From a virus: a DNA stretch of 64,000 nucleotides. The DNA lies in the IMG/VR virus record IMGVR_UViG_3300045988_071280; one strand, given 5' to 3'. The position numbers and the translations under genes were made by a program. The notes beneath the pieces are model-generated. The model had not been told where the DNA came from, made no database searches, and saw only the letters and a program-made list of their open reading frames with translations. Below are positions 17,180 to 26,730 of the stretch, piece by piece. Position 1 is the stretch's first letter; each line of letters opens with the position of its first letter.

Positions 17180-17620
17180 ATGAAATATATAGTTTATACA
17201 GATGGCTCTTACAGAGCCTCCAGAAAACAAGGAGGATATGCAGTAGTCTTTTATGATTCCGATATGAATCTTATTAAATACGTATTTAAAGGAATTAAGA
17301 ATACTACTAATAATCGTTGTGAGTTAATGGGATTTATTTCAGCATTGAAACATCTCCCATTTAACTCCGAAGTTGTTATATATTCTGATTCTGAGTATGT
17401 AATAAATCCTATTAAAAAGGGATGGATTTATAATTGGATAAAGACTAATTTTAAAGATAAAAAGAATGAAGATTTGTGGAGAGAAGTTATTGATTTATTA
17501 CCTCATTATAAATTATCTCTTGAGTGGGTTAAAGGACATGAGGAAGATGAAGGAAATAATTTCGCGGATATGTTAGCCCAACATTCATCAATAATTGATT
17601 TAAAAGATAATGAAGACTAA
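17180..17620 (+). CDS. rnhA: ribonuclease HI
   Basis: VYTDGS...GGYAVV...NNRCELMGFISAL...IYSDSEYV...W...WVKGH...NNFADMLA carries the DEDD catalytic pattern of RNase H1. Confidence 0.85.
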   Translation: MKYIVYTDGSYRASRKQGGYAVVFYDSDMNLIKYVFKGIKNTTNNRCELMGFISALKHLPFNSEVVIYSDSEYVINPIKKGWIYNWIKTNFKDKKNEDLWREVIDLLPHYKLSLEWVKGHEEDEGNNFADMLAQHSSIIDLKDNED

Positions 17621-17669
17621 AAAGACATTAAACGATTTCTTGATATAGTTAAAGGGTTCTGGTTTATTA

Positions 17670-17855
17670 ATGGTATATTTTGAAACAATCAATAATATAT
17701 CATCTTCCTATAATATAATAAGAAATTTAGATGCAAATAATCCAGATACTTTATTTGATATTATTCCTAAGGATCTAGAACAAGAATCAGTATTACCGAA
17801 AATAGATTGGGATTATATAAAAGCGTTATATACTCATTGGTTATTAGATATTTAA
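17670..17855 (+). CDS. hypothetical protein
   Basis: ORF track. Confidence 0.45.
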   Translation: MVYFETINNISSSYNIIRNLDANNPDTLFDIIPKDLEQESVLPKIDWDYIKALYTHWLLDI

Positions 17856-17973
17856 TATATGTTTAACTAGATCTAATCTATATCAAAATAAGTAAAAGGA
17901 GTTTTTATTATAAAAATTATAATAATCTGTGTATAGCAGCAGCTGAAATAGAATATTTACTAATTTATTATAT

Positions 17974-18261
17974 ATGACAATAATAGAAAACGACTTTAAA
18001 ATAGAAGAAGGATCATCTCCTGCTAGATATGATCTATATCTAAAGAAGATCATAAATAAAGGAAAAAAAGATACCTCCGGAAAGAGTTTAGAGAGAGAGG
18101 ATTGGATATTAGAAGGATATGATATGTCAATGCCTACAATCCTCAAAACTCTTTCTCATCATTTAACAGATAAAAAGTTAAACGAATGTTCCTTAAAAGA
18201 ATATATAAAAGCATATAAAGACACTATTAATCATTTAAATACTATAATAAATGATTGCTGA
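17974..18261 (+). CDS. hypothetical protein
   Basis: ORF track; preferred over the antisense ORF 17883-18146. Confidence 0.55.
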   Translation: MTIIENDFKIEEGSSPARYDLYLKKIINKGKKDTSGKSLEREDWILEGYDMSMPTILKTLSHHLTDKKLNECSLKEYIKAYKDTINHLNTIINDC

Positions 18262-18493
18262 AATAAAAGTAATAATCAATAAGGAAGAGATTGAACAAGC
18301 GGATAGAATGGGAGTATATAAAGAACCAGTCTATGCTACCACTCCATTCGGATTTCATTTAGATGATGTAGAATTATTTTATTTAAATGATAATGAAAAT
18401 AAAGAAATGACACTTAGAATAGATAGAGAATATTTTGTTATTAAATACGATCTTTCTATTTTAAATAAATTAAAACTTAAATTTAATAATTAA
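18251..18493 (+). CDS. hypothetical protein
   Basis: ORF track. Confidence 0.55.
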   Translation: MIAEIKVIINKEEIEQADRMGVYKEPVYATTPFGFHLDDVELFYLNDNENKEMTLRIDREYFVIKYDLSILNKLKLKFNN

Positions 18494-18795
18494 TGAAAAG
18501 TTGGAATGTATATATTATAGACTTCAATTCTACTAAATTAAAGCAATACGATGTAATGCCTTATTTCTTAGAATGTGCAAGAAAGCAGAAATTTAAATCT
18601 TCTGATTTAGAAGAATGTAAGAAATTTATAAGAAAAGAAGGTATGTATATGTTTTGGGCTAGATGTGAGTGGGAAGTTCTGATTTCTCCTTGGCCTTCTA
18701 TAAAAGATACATACTTTAAAATAGATGTTTGGGATCAGATAAATATGAATTTAGATGTTTTTGCAACTGTATTTATTGAAAATTTAAATAATTAA
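18493..18795 (+). CDS. hypothetical protein
   Basis: ORF track. Confidence 0.55.
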   Translation: MKSWNVYIIDFNSTKLKQYDVMPYFLECARKQKFKSSDLEECKKFIRKEGMYMFWARCEWEVLISPWPSIKDTYFKIDVWDQINMNLDVFATVFIENLNN

Positions 18796-18799
18796 TAAA

Positions 18800-19150
18800 A
18801 TGAAAGAAATAATACAATATATAGAAGATGTTTTTACTGATAATAATGGATGTCAACGAAAATTTATTATCTGTGCTGTAACCATCTCAAACTCATCTGG
18901 AAAATTTACTCGTTTCGGGATTTCTGTAGCAAGAAAGGAGGATATGGTTAAATATTCTTTAGAGTTAGGAAAGAAGATAGCATACGGAAAGGCTTGTAAA
19001 CGTCCTTTTATATTTGTTGAATGTAACAGAATAGAAGGAATGAATCAAGAAATTTGCAATACTTATTTAAAAACATTTGCTAAGTATTTTAAAGAAGATC
19101 CCTCATTTGCTCTTAAATGGTTTAAATCTCCACGTAATAATAAAAAATAA
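18800..19150 (+). CDS. hypothetical protein
   Basis: ORF track. Confidence 0.55.
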   Translation: MKEIIQYIEDVFTDNNGCQRKFIICAVTISNSSGKFTRFGISVARKEDMVKYSLELGKKIAYGKACKRPFIFVECNRIEGMNQEICNTYLKTFAKYFKEDPSFALKWFKSPRNNKK

Positions 19151-19443
19151 TGCCCCGAATTTTTAAGAAAAATAATTCTTATATATATCCTACAGAAGAA
19201 TTTATTTATGAAGTTTTATTATATAAACGAGAAAGTAATATTATCTCAATTCAAGATAGTAAAACTTTAAAATCTGAGACGTATATTCCGGAAAAGACGA
19301 TAGCTCCTAAAAAGTCTAATACATTTACATATATAGATTTAATAGGAGCTCCAGAAAAGTGGTTATATGATAATGGATATGTAGAAATAGATTCGGAAGA
19401 ATTGATAAAGAAGAAATTTAGGAAAAATAAAAGTAATATTTAG
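19150..19443 (+). CDS. hypothetical protein
   Basis: ORF track. Confidence 0.55.
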   Translation: MPRIFKKNNSYIYPTEEFIYEVLLYKRESNIISIQDSKTLKSETYIPEKTIAPKKSNTFTYIDLIGAPEKWLYDNGYVEIDSEELIKKKFRKNKSNI

Positions 19444-19555
19444 TATCAATAATTATAAATAAAGTATCTTATGGAAAGTTATAATCTCGGATTTGCTCAC
19501 TCTTTTCTTTAAAAGATGCTATCAGAAAAATTAATATAACAATATATCATTAATT

Positions 19556-20014
19556 ATGCAAGAGACAACAATATATAAAGTTGGGAATAAAAAGTTTCTT
19601 TCCAAAGAGGAAGCTCTTGAATATGAAGATACTTTAAAGAAAGACTTAAAATTGAGAGCAAGAAACCTCTTTTTGTTTTGGAATAAGATGTTAGGTTATC
19701 CTGGTATTGTTATCGCCACCCAATTGGTTAATAATTTTGCAGGAAATCGTAAATTTACTTTTGGGCAATATAAAGGTAATGGTATAGGAGATATTATATT
19801 CACAGATAGACAGTATGTTGAATGGTGCCTTAACAATATTCCCTCATTTAAGTTAAATGAGAGAGAACAAGTATTATTTGACACTGATACTCATTATACT
19901 ATTTGTGGAAGTTCTACTGTGTTTAATAAAGGTGGATACATTGAAACCTATCACTATGATGGAGATACCTATGATAGTAATTTAATTAATTTTGAAAAGG
20001 ATTGGATGAAATAA
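19556..20014 (+). CDS. hypothetical protein with DUF3820-like motif
   Basis: FTFGQYKGNGIGDIIFTDRQYVEWCLNN resembles the FGKYKG....D...YL.W motif. Confidence 0.45.
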   Translation: MQETTIYKVGNKKFLSKEEALEYEDTLKKDLKLRARNLFLFWNKMLGYPGIVIATQLVNNFAGNRKFTFGQYKGNGIGDIIFTDRQYVEWCLNNIPSFKLNEREQVLFDTDTHYTICGSSTVFNKGGYIETYHYDGDTYDSNLINFEKDWMK

Positions 20015-20015
20015 T

Positions 20016-20414
20016 ATGTTTACACAACTTGCTTTTATACGAAAAAATACTCCGGAACTTCGTAAGAAGTTAGAAAATTTAGGATATAAATGTTCAAAGA
20101 TTGTCTTTGAACATCCCTATTTATGTATTGCTACTGTGACAAATAATGAATGCTCTACATATACTACAATCACTCATGAAATGCTTGATACTAAAGATCC
20201 TTATTCAACGTGGAATTGTGCTGGCAGGATTGATTGTAAAACTAATGAAGAACTTTTTCTTGCTATTGCTGCATTAAGAGATGATTCAGATATAAATCAA
20301 TGGTTTACTGATAATAAGTTTGCAGGAAATCAGCGGTTTACTATTTGTAAACAAGATTCTTGGAAAGAACACTTTAATTATGTAACAGGTAATTGTGGAA
20401 GTTACAAAGATTGA
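20016..20414 (+). CDS. hypothetical protein
   Basis: ORF track. Confidence 0.55.
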   Translation: MFTQLAFIRKNTPELRKKLENLGYKCSKIVFEHPYLCIATVTNNECSTYTTITHEMLDTKDPYSTWNCAGRIDCKTNEELFLAIAALRDDSDINQWFTDNKFAGNQRFTICKQDSWKEHFNYVTGNCGSYKD

Positions 20415-20454
20415 CACAAAGCTATAGTAGAAGAATTAATTTTGCATTTTAAAC

Positions 20455-20733
20455 ATGAAAACAAAACTCCTTAAGAAACTTAGAAGAAAAGTAAAGAATG
20501 ACGTTAAATATGGCTATATGGACGATTTTATATATTTACGTAATTCAAACATTAAAATTTATCTTACTTTAAAGTATCCAGAATTTATGAATCAATCTAC
20601 TGAATATCTATATAGAGTATTAAAAGAACATAGAATAGAGAGAATACTGGAATATACTAAAGAGCTTAGAAAGAAGAAAAATTTTAATAAGTCTAACATG
20701 GAGGACAGAATTAATTATTTAAATAGCTTATGA
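20455..20733 (+). CDS. basic hypothetical protein (paralog of the remnant at 22729)
   Basis: MKTKLLKKLRRKVKN... compares with MRIRLLKRLRKEYLK... at 22729. Confidence 0.55.
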   Translation: MKTKLLKKLRRKVKNDVKYGYMDDFIYLRNSNIKIYLTLKYPEFMNQSTEYLYRVLKEHRIERILEYTKELRKKKNFNKSNMEDRINYLNSL

Positions 20734-21202
20734 AAAATATAATTATTAAAATTCCAGATAATTGTGAATTAATTAAAGAAGATAATACAACTTTTAAAAT
20801 AATTACAGGAAGAAAACCTAAAACTTGGAAGAATTTTGCGATACTGTACCAGTTATAGATGAATATTATATAGATCAATTTTCAGAAGTATCTTCAATAA
20901 ATTCTGGTACAAGAAGTTCTATTGATAATAGAACTTTATGTGCAACCAGAGAAGAAGCAGAAGCTATTGTAGCCCTTATTCAACTAAGAAGATTAAAAGT
21001 TGAATGGGATAAATATGAAAAAAATATTTGTTCAAAAGGTACTTTTAAATACTATGTTATATGGGACTACGGCAATAGTTGTTTAACTATAGGTGAAGGA
21101 CTTTCAAAACATCTCTTGGAATTTAACTCTAGAGATAGTGCCTCAGAATTTATAACTTGTTTCAGTTATTTACTTGAAAAAGCTAAATTATTTTTACATT
21201 AA
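20730..21202 (+). CDS. paralog of 28812-29282, with a 1-nt frameshift near 20826
   Basis: MKNIIIKIPDNCELIKEDNTTFKIITGRKPKTW then the frame changes to EEFCDTVPV... The intact paralog reads IPKTWEEFCNRTP. Observed tggaa where tgggaa restores the frame. Confidence 0.55.
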
Positions 21203-21207
21203 TTTCA

Positions 21208-21567
21208 ATGAAGCAAGAATTAAAAGATAAGGAAGTAATATTATGTGCAGCTATTCATTATGATAATGGATTAGAATATCCACATCAATTTATTTACGGA
21301 ATTAAAACTGGATTTGTTTTATGTGGATATAGACATCCAAATATTATCGGAATACTTCCTACTAATATCTATTTTAAAAAGATTAATGAAAATAGTATAC
21401 AGGTAGCATGGAACGAAAATTGTCCAAAGAATGAAAGTCATCAAGGATTTCTTACTTCTACTGGCAGATTTGTTGATAGAATAGAAGCAGCACAAATAGC
21501 TTTACGATCAGGACAAATTGAAAGGCTTAAATTTGGGAATGAATTATATAGTGAAGATTTATATTAA
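21208..21567 (+). CDS. hypothetical protein
   Basis: ORF track. Confidence 0.6.
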   Translation: MKQELKDKEVILCAAIHYDNGLEYPHQFIYGIKTGFVLCGYRHPNIIGILPTNIYFKKINENSIQVAWNENCPKNESHQGFLTSTGRFVDRIEAAQIALRSGQIERLKFGNELYSEDLY

Positions 21568-21582
21568 ATAAAATATTAATGT

Positions 21583-21834
21583 ATGGTTGCAATTATTATT
21601 TTTACTATTATTATTATATGTATATATATAATGATAAATATGGATGGAATTACTGTAAAGGATTGTATCTATTTTATGTTAATTATACTTGGGATATTAT
21701 TAGGTAATATAATGTCATCTTATAGCTATGAAATCAAAAATGATTCTAATAAATCAGAAGCTTTAAAATCATTTATTAAAAAAGATACATTATTTATAGA
21801 TAGAGATAATATCACTATTCTTATACCTAAATAA
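21583..21834 (+). CDS. two-TM membrane protein
   Basis: Hydrophobic N-terminal half. Confidence 0.5.
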   Translation: MVAIIIFTIIIICIYIMINMDGITVKDCIYFMLIILGILLGNIMSSYSYEIKNDSNKSEALKSFIKKDTLFIDRDNITILIPK

Positions 21835-21836
21835 AT

Positions 21837-21983
21837 ATGGAAGGTTTTATGATAGTTATCATCTTAATTGCTTGCATATTACTTTATGAGTATAAAGATG
21901 ATGATGAAGTATTTAGTGTCCTATTAATTGTTATTATATCTCTAGTTGTTATTCTAACCTGTAGTGTAGTATTAAAAATGTAA
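21837..21983 (+). CDS. small two-TM protein (48 aa)
   Basis: MEGFMIVIILIACILLYEYKDDDEVFSVLLIVIISLVVILTCSVVLKM*. Confidence 0.35.
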   Translation: MEGFMIVIILIACILLYEYKDDDEVFSVLLIVIISLVVILTCSVVLKM

Positions 21984-21986
21984 GAT

Positions 21987-22397
21987 ATGGATAATTTACA
22001 TAAATCTGTACTCTCCCCAAAGAAATGTGAGTATTTGTTAACATTATTAGCAGATAAACCAAATTCAGGACTCTTCTGGATTCAAGTATTCGGACCTACA
22101 GATGATTTCTTAGTTACTAAAACTAATGTAGAAGTTTACGAAGATTTAAATTTTGTAGAAAAAATCATTCCAGCCTTTACAATAATTGATTTATTAGATT
22201 TTCTTCCAAGATATATAGAAAAAGAAGGTGTTAAATATTATTTAGAAGTTCTAACATCTAATAAAAATTGGAGTGTGACATATCATAATATTAATTTTAT
22301 AAGATATTTATATTGTGGCGAGGAAAATTCTTTATTAGATTGTTTATATCATTGTTTGCTCTGGAAATATACAATTTATGACCACAAAAATATTTAA
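21987..22397 (+). CDS. hypothetical protein (paralog of 29279-29707)
   Basis: Shared IPAFTIIDLLDFLP / IPTFTLQDLLNVIP core. Confidence 0.6.
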   Translation: MDNLHKSVLSPKKCEYLLTLLADKPNSGLFWIQVFGPTDDFLVTKTNVEVYEDLNFVEKIIPAFTIIDLLDFLPRYIEKEGVKYYLEVLTSNKNWSVTYHNINFIRYLYCGEENSLLDCLYHCLLWKYTIYDHKNI

Positions 22398-22722
22398 TAT
22401 TGGAATAGTTACAACCTCATTAACTCTAGATAATTATCCAAAGGGGTTAGTACTTAAAAGAGAACTTACCATTGCAGAATGTAAATATATTTTAAAGAAG
22501 ATACTTGATATAAATATCTGTACTAGAGAAGATGCTATCGATGAAGAAGAATACACAGAATATAATCTTGAATATCAAAAGGTTGTTAATAAGTGGCTTA
22601 GAGGAGAATGTTCATCTAAGAATATAGACTATTTTAGAATAATATGGGATGATCGAAAGATTGATATTATAGATTTAATCCCTATTCTTACTTATTTAAA
22701 GAAAAGGAAAATTATAGATTAA
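22378..22722 (+). CDS. hypothetical protein
   Basis: ORF track. Confidence 0.55.
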   Translation: MTTKIFNIGIVTTSLTLDNYPKGLVLKRELTIAECKYILKKILDINICTREDAIDEEEYTEYNLEYQKVVNKWLRGECSSKNIDYFRIIWDDRKIDIIDLIPILTYLKKRKIID

Positions 22723-22728
22723 GACATT

Positions 22729-22985
22729 ATGAGAATAAGATTATTAAAGAGATTAAGAAAAGAATATTTAAAAAGAGTTTATATGTCCTCGAAAGTTAGT
22801 TGGACTATTATGTAATTATTACTCCAGAAAAGAAAATTAATATTTATTTCTCTAATCAGAAAGAGTTTGATGACGCAAAAAACTTCTTATAAAAAAGAAG
22901 GGAATTTATATTGTGTAAGATAACAAGTCTTAGAAGTAATAAATTTAAAAAAGGACGTAACTCTTACTTATTAAATAAATTAGAT
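22729..22985 (+). pseudogene. decayed paralog of 20455-20733 (frameshift plus in-frame stops)
   Basis: The N-terminus MRIRLLKRLRKEYLKRVYM stops after 28 codons. The remaining similarity is spread over other frames with TAA stops. Confidence 0.4.
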
Positions 22986-23220
22986 GAAATTAATAAATCA
23001 ATACCTTAAATTTATGTGGATAGCAAGAGAAAAAAATGAAGATCTTTACTTATTCAGGCATAAACCTTATAAATACTATACCTACTGGTATTCAGATAAC
23101 GAAAACGCTAAAGAAGATCGTATTAGAATAGATAGAGATTTATTTCCGGAGATTACGTATTATAATAGTCCTAAAGAAGTTGTTCTTCAAATAAAAGAAG
23201 ATTTAAATACTAGTATATGA
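22984..23220 (+). CDS. MWIAR-family small protein (probable true start at 23014)
   Basis: MWIAREKNEDLYLFRHKP is paralogous to MWIARDEDGLLHIFENKP at 31219. Confidence 0.55.
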   Translation: MKLINQYLKFMWIAREKNEDLYLFRHKPYKYYTYWYSDNENAKEDRIRIDRDLFPEITYYNSPKEVVLQIKEDLNTSI

Positions 23221-23804
23221 GAAAAGTTGGAATTTTTTTAGGAAACTTTGATCCTCCCACTATATGTCATCAAAATATAATTAGGAATATTGTAAATTAT
23301 AATTTCTTAGATGAAATCTTTATTGTTCCTAAATATAGAAGTGTTAAAGAATCATATTCCACACTTTTTACAGATAGAGTAACTATGTGTAAGAGAGCGT
23401 TTAAACCATTTAAAAAGGTTACTATATCTAATATGGAAAGTTTAATAGCTTCCACAGATATAAAAACCTATAGAGAAGGGGTTCCATCTTGGAAGACTAT
23501 TGAATTCTTTAAGAATATAAAAGATATTGAATTATATATAATAACTACATTCCCTGGATATTCTAAAATTCCTAATTGGGATAAGGGTGAGGAGATATTA
23601 AAAGATAATAAATTCATTGTTCTTTGTGAAACTAAAGATTTAGGGAAATTATCTGAGGATATTATTAGTATACCTTTATATGATCATATCAATATTACAT
23701 CTAATAAAATCCGGAATTATATAAGATTAGATTCTAATCCATTTCCCTTAGTTCAGAAAGATGTACTTGATTATATTTACAAACATAATCTTTATATAAA
23801 ATGA
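23217..23804 (+). CDS. nicotinate/nicotinamide mononucleotide adenylyltransferase-like nucleotidyltransferase
   Basis: N-terminal GIFLGNFDPPTICH (the GxFxPxHxGH-type motif) and C-terminal ITSNKIRNYI (the ISST-IR motif). Confidence 0.65.
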   Translation: MRKVGIFLGNFDPPTICHQNIIRNIVNYNFLDEIFIVPKYRSVKESYSTLFTDRVTMCKRAFKPFKKVTISNMESLIASTDIKTYREGVPSWKTIEFFKNIKDIELYIITTFPGYSKIPNWDKGEEILKDNKFIVLCETKDLGKLSEDIISIPLYDHINITSNKIRNYIRLDSNPFPLVQKDVLDYIYKHNLYIK

Positions 23805-24169
23805 GATATTATATTACAGGGCATCGAGATTTATCTAAAGAGGAGTTTAGTAAAATCTATATTCCGGAAATAGATAGAATTATTCGGGAAGATTCTAATG
23901 CAGTATTCTTAGTTGGAGTATGTGAAGGTGTCGATTTATATACTATACAGTATTTAAATAAATATTCTATTCCAGTTCAAGTCTATGGTCCGAATTTGGA
24001 TATTAAAAATAATCGTATAAGATTACATTTATGCCCAAGTTATGAAAAGTCTGCTTTGGAAATGATTAAAAATTCAGATAAAACTATTGGGTTTATTAAA
24101 CCCGGTAGAGAAAATTCTAGTTTTACTGCTTTAAATATTTTAAAAAGGTATATAATAAACAAATCTTAA
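23801..24169 (+). CDS. SLOG/DUF2493-like Rossmann protein
   Basis: YYITGHRD...VFLVGVCEGVDLYTIQYL resembles the (I/V)TGHR...G...G-D pattern of the LOG/DprA-like SLOG superfamily. Start is coupled to the NMNAT stop. Confidence 0.4.
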   Translation: MRYYITGHRDLSKEEFSKIYIPEIDRIIREDSNAVFLVGVCEGVDLYTIQYLNKYSIPVQVYGPNLDIKNNRIRLHLCPSYEKSALEMIKNSDKTIGFIKPGRENSSFTALNILKRYIINKS

Positions 24170-24180
24170 ATTTAAATAAT

Positions 24181-25063
24181 ATGAATAGAAAAGAAAGAAC
24201 TATCTCCGAAAATATGGAGAAATTGATGATAGACCAAATCTCAAGAGAATTATATAATCATAATGTATATAGAACATATGCGAATTATTATTATGTAAGA
24301 GGATTATTTAAATTACATCTTTATTATGAGATGAGATCTAATGAAGAATATAATCATCATCAATGGTTAGTTGATAGATTATATAGGGCTGGAGTTGATT
24401 TCAATTATCCAGAAGTGCCAGCTATTAAATCTAATCATGTTATATTAAAGCCAGAAGATAGTTTCGGTAAAACTGTTGATTTAGAAATTGAGACCACCAT
24501 GTGGATATCTAAAATGATTGAAGCTGCACGAGAAGAGAAAGATTGGCAAACTGAGGGATGGTTGAAGAGGACATTAATGGAAGAGCAGATAGATTTCTGT
24601 CTGAAAGTATGGTAACATACAGGTGAATAGATCAAAATCGGTGGAATCTATTTTAGATAATACCGAGGTAAGTATAAATCTAAAGAATTTATACCACTGT
24701 AACGCGTAGGTATTGAAACTATATTTAAATATAGAATAAAATATACCCAAGAGTGATCTACTCCTATTATTTAAATAGGATGAAAATGTACGCTGAACCG
24801 TCTGATGATTAAATCAGAATATCTTTATTTACATCTTCAATAAAGTAAGGAGGAGACTCCCGGAAGTAAGAGATAAAAAACTCTTATGATAACAAAATTG
24901 GGAAGAAGAAGATGTTAGCCGAACAATCTTAACAATGTCTGAGGAAGATACTGACTGGCAGACTAAGGAAGATACTATTCTATCATATTATAATGGATTG
25001 AATAGAGTAATAGAAGGAGCTAGAAATATTATTGATAATAACTCTTTTCTTAAACAAAGATAA
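24181..25063 (+). CDS. ferritin-like di-iron protein, two exons (24181-24590, 24901-25063)
   Basis: Four-helix-bundle signature: ELYNHNVYRTYANYYY, NEEYNHHQW (ExxH), DLEIET, and after splicing LMEEQ-M-EEEDVSRTIL (the ferritin EEQxEEE helix). Spliced length is 573 nt, in frame. Confidence 0.6.
24591..24900 (+). mobile_element. ORF-less group I intron, family 2 (~310 nt)
   Basis: Begins after a U and ends in G. Shares the blocks gtaacgcgtag, ccaagagtg, atgtacgctgaac and tatgataacaaaattg with the introns at 50277 and 54757. The 5' boundary is uncertain by about 6 nt (alternative at 24596). Confidence 0.7.
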
Positions 25064-25082
25064 TAATTTAATATAATAACTT

Positions 25083-25727
25083 ATGTTAGTTCTAGATAAT
25101 ATTAATTCAGTCTCGGATGTAATTACAAATTCCTCATCGGAATTATTTGTAATAAACGATAAAAATACTACATTAGACCATCTTAAGAATATAATCAATC
25201 CTATATTAGATGGTTATTATGAACCATTTGTATTTAATTTAGATACGTTTAGAAAATGGGTAGAAAGTTCCGAAGAGGATAATTCTACGGATATAGACGC
25301 ATGTTTTCAGACTATATACGACTGGTTCATTGATTTAGAGTATCCTAGTGGTTTAACTTACTATATTAGGGATACTCTTTATAAGTTACGGTTAGAGGAC
25401 TATATTAAATTAGAAAATAGTCTACTTAAAGAATTATACGCGGAATTAATTAAAAAGTATGATACTAATTATCCCTCATATAAAGAAATTGAAGCTTTTC
25501 TTCAAACATATGATGAAGACAAAATAAACAAGATCATAGATTATTTACTAAATACAAATTTCGAATATGACATTCGAAAATTAAATGGAAAAATTATTCT
25601 TCTTTCTGAGGATGAAAATTCTATTTCATGTAGTAGAAAATTTAACCGATCAGAATTTGCAGAAGATTCCGATGTATTTCAGTGGCTTGAGCATAATTTT
25701 AACATTACATATTATCATTTAGGATGA
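25083..25727 (+). CDS. SD(I/V)ITNSSSE-motif protein, paralog A
   Basis: N-terminus LDNINSVSDVITNSSSELFVI is shared with the next two genes. Confidence 0.65.
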   Translation: MLVLDNINSVSDVITNSSSELFVINDKNTTLDHLKNIINPILDGYYEPFVFNLDTFRKWVESSEEDNSTDIDACFQTIYDWFIDLEYPSGLTYYIRDTLYKLRLEDYIKLENSLLKELYAELIKKYDTNYPSYKEIEAFLQTYDEDKINKIIDYLLNTNFEYDIRKLNGKIILLSEDENSISCSRKFNRSEFAEDSDVFQWLEHNFNITYYHLG

Positions 25728-26148
25728 GATTTAAAATACATTCAATATCAGATATTATAACAAACAGCAGTTCAGAAGTATTTCTTGTTTCTAAAGATAG
25801 TAAGATAAAGAATATAAAAGGATTGCAAGAGAAACTGAATTTAGGAGACGTATCTAATTTACTAAAGTTTATACATACTTATAGTTGGGTATAGATAAAG
25901 ACTATAATTATGGAGATTTATGTATAACACTTGATCATATACGTGATATAACTGATGCTTTCAGTAACTACTTCAATGATAGTGACTGGGATGATAATAT
26001 CTCAAAAATAGGTATATTACGTGATGAGATGTACAAAGTATTTGTTGAGAGTTTTAAGGATATAGTAGCTATAGTAATAGATAATGGCTATCATTATGAA
26101 TTTATTGCAGATAATCCAAATTTAAAATATGAAAACTTTCCATATTAA
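25724..26148 (+). CDS. SD(I/V)ITNSSSE-motif protein, paralog B (1-nt frameshift near 25886)
   Basis: MRFKIHSISDIITNSSSEVFLV...HTYSW then the frame changes to GIDKDYNYGD... Observed tgggta where tggggta restores one ORF. Confidence 0.55.
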
Positions 26149-26437
26149 AATTCATTCTATTTCAGATATTATTACTAATAGTAGTTCCGAGACCTTTTGT
26201 TTTATTTATAGTGAAGATATATCTAAAGTATTAAAAGTATTATCTCCTTATTTTGGGAACTATGATGTTTTTGATGAATGTTGTGCACAAATATATGGTC
26301 CTTTTCAAGAAGGTATAGAGGATCCTTATATTGAAATTAGATGTTCCCAAGATTATAGACCTTCGTTACTAGAAGAAGGATTAAGATATGTATTAGATAA
26401 AAATAATATTGATTATACAATATCAAAAGAAGAATAA
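26129..26437 (+). CDS. SD(I/V)ITNSSSE-motif protein, paralog C
   Basis: MKTFHIKIHSISDIITNSSSETFCF. Confidence 0.65.
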   Translation: MKTFHIKIHSISDIITNSSSETFCFIYSEDISKVLKVLSPYFGNYDVFDECCAQIYGPFQEGIEDPYIEIRCSQDYRPSLLEEGLRYVLDKNNIDYTISKEE

Positions 26438-26452
26438 AAAATATCTTTATAT

Positions 26453-26722
26453 ATGGAGTCAATAATAGAGTTTCCAATAATTTTTGTATTTGATTCTAAA
26501 TACTATAATGAAACTACTATAAGTAATATATTAAATAAACTATTAGAGCCTGAGGGAAGATCATACGAAGATTTCTTTAGAAAGATCCAACCGGCTATTG
26601 AAGTAACAACATGCTGCAATCCTAAAGACTTAGCAGTACTAACTTATGAGATACCCTATTGGATGAGACTTTATTTAGAGAATTTACATAATGTAAAAGG
26701 TTATAGTTGTTTAACTTTATAA
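26453..26722 (+). CDS. hypothetical protein
   Basis: ORF track. Confidence 0.55.
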   Translation: MESIIEFPIIFVFDSKYYNETTISNILNKLLEPEGRSYEDFFRKIQPAIEVTTCCNPKDLAVLTYEIPYWMRLYLENLHNVKGYSCLTL

Positions 26723-26730
26723 ATTAAGAG

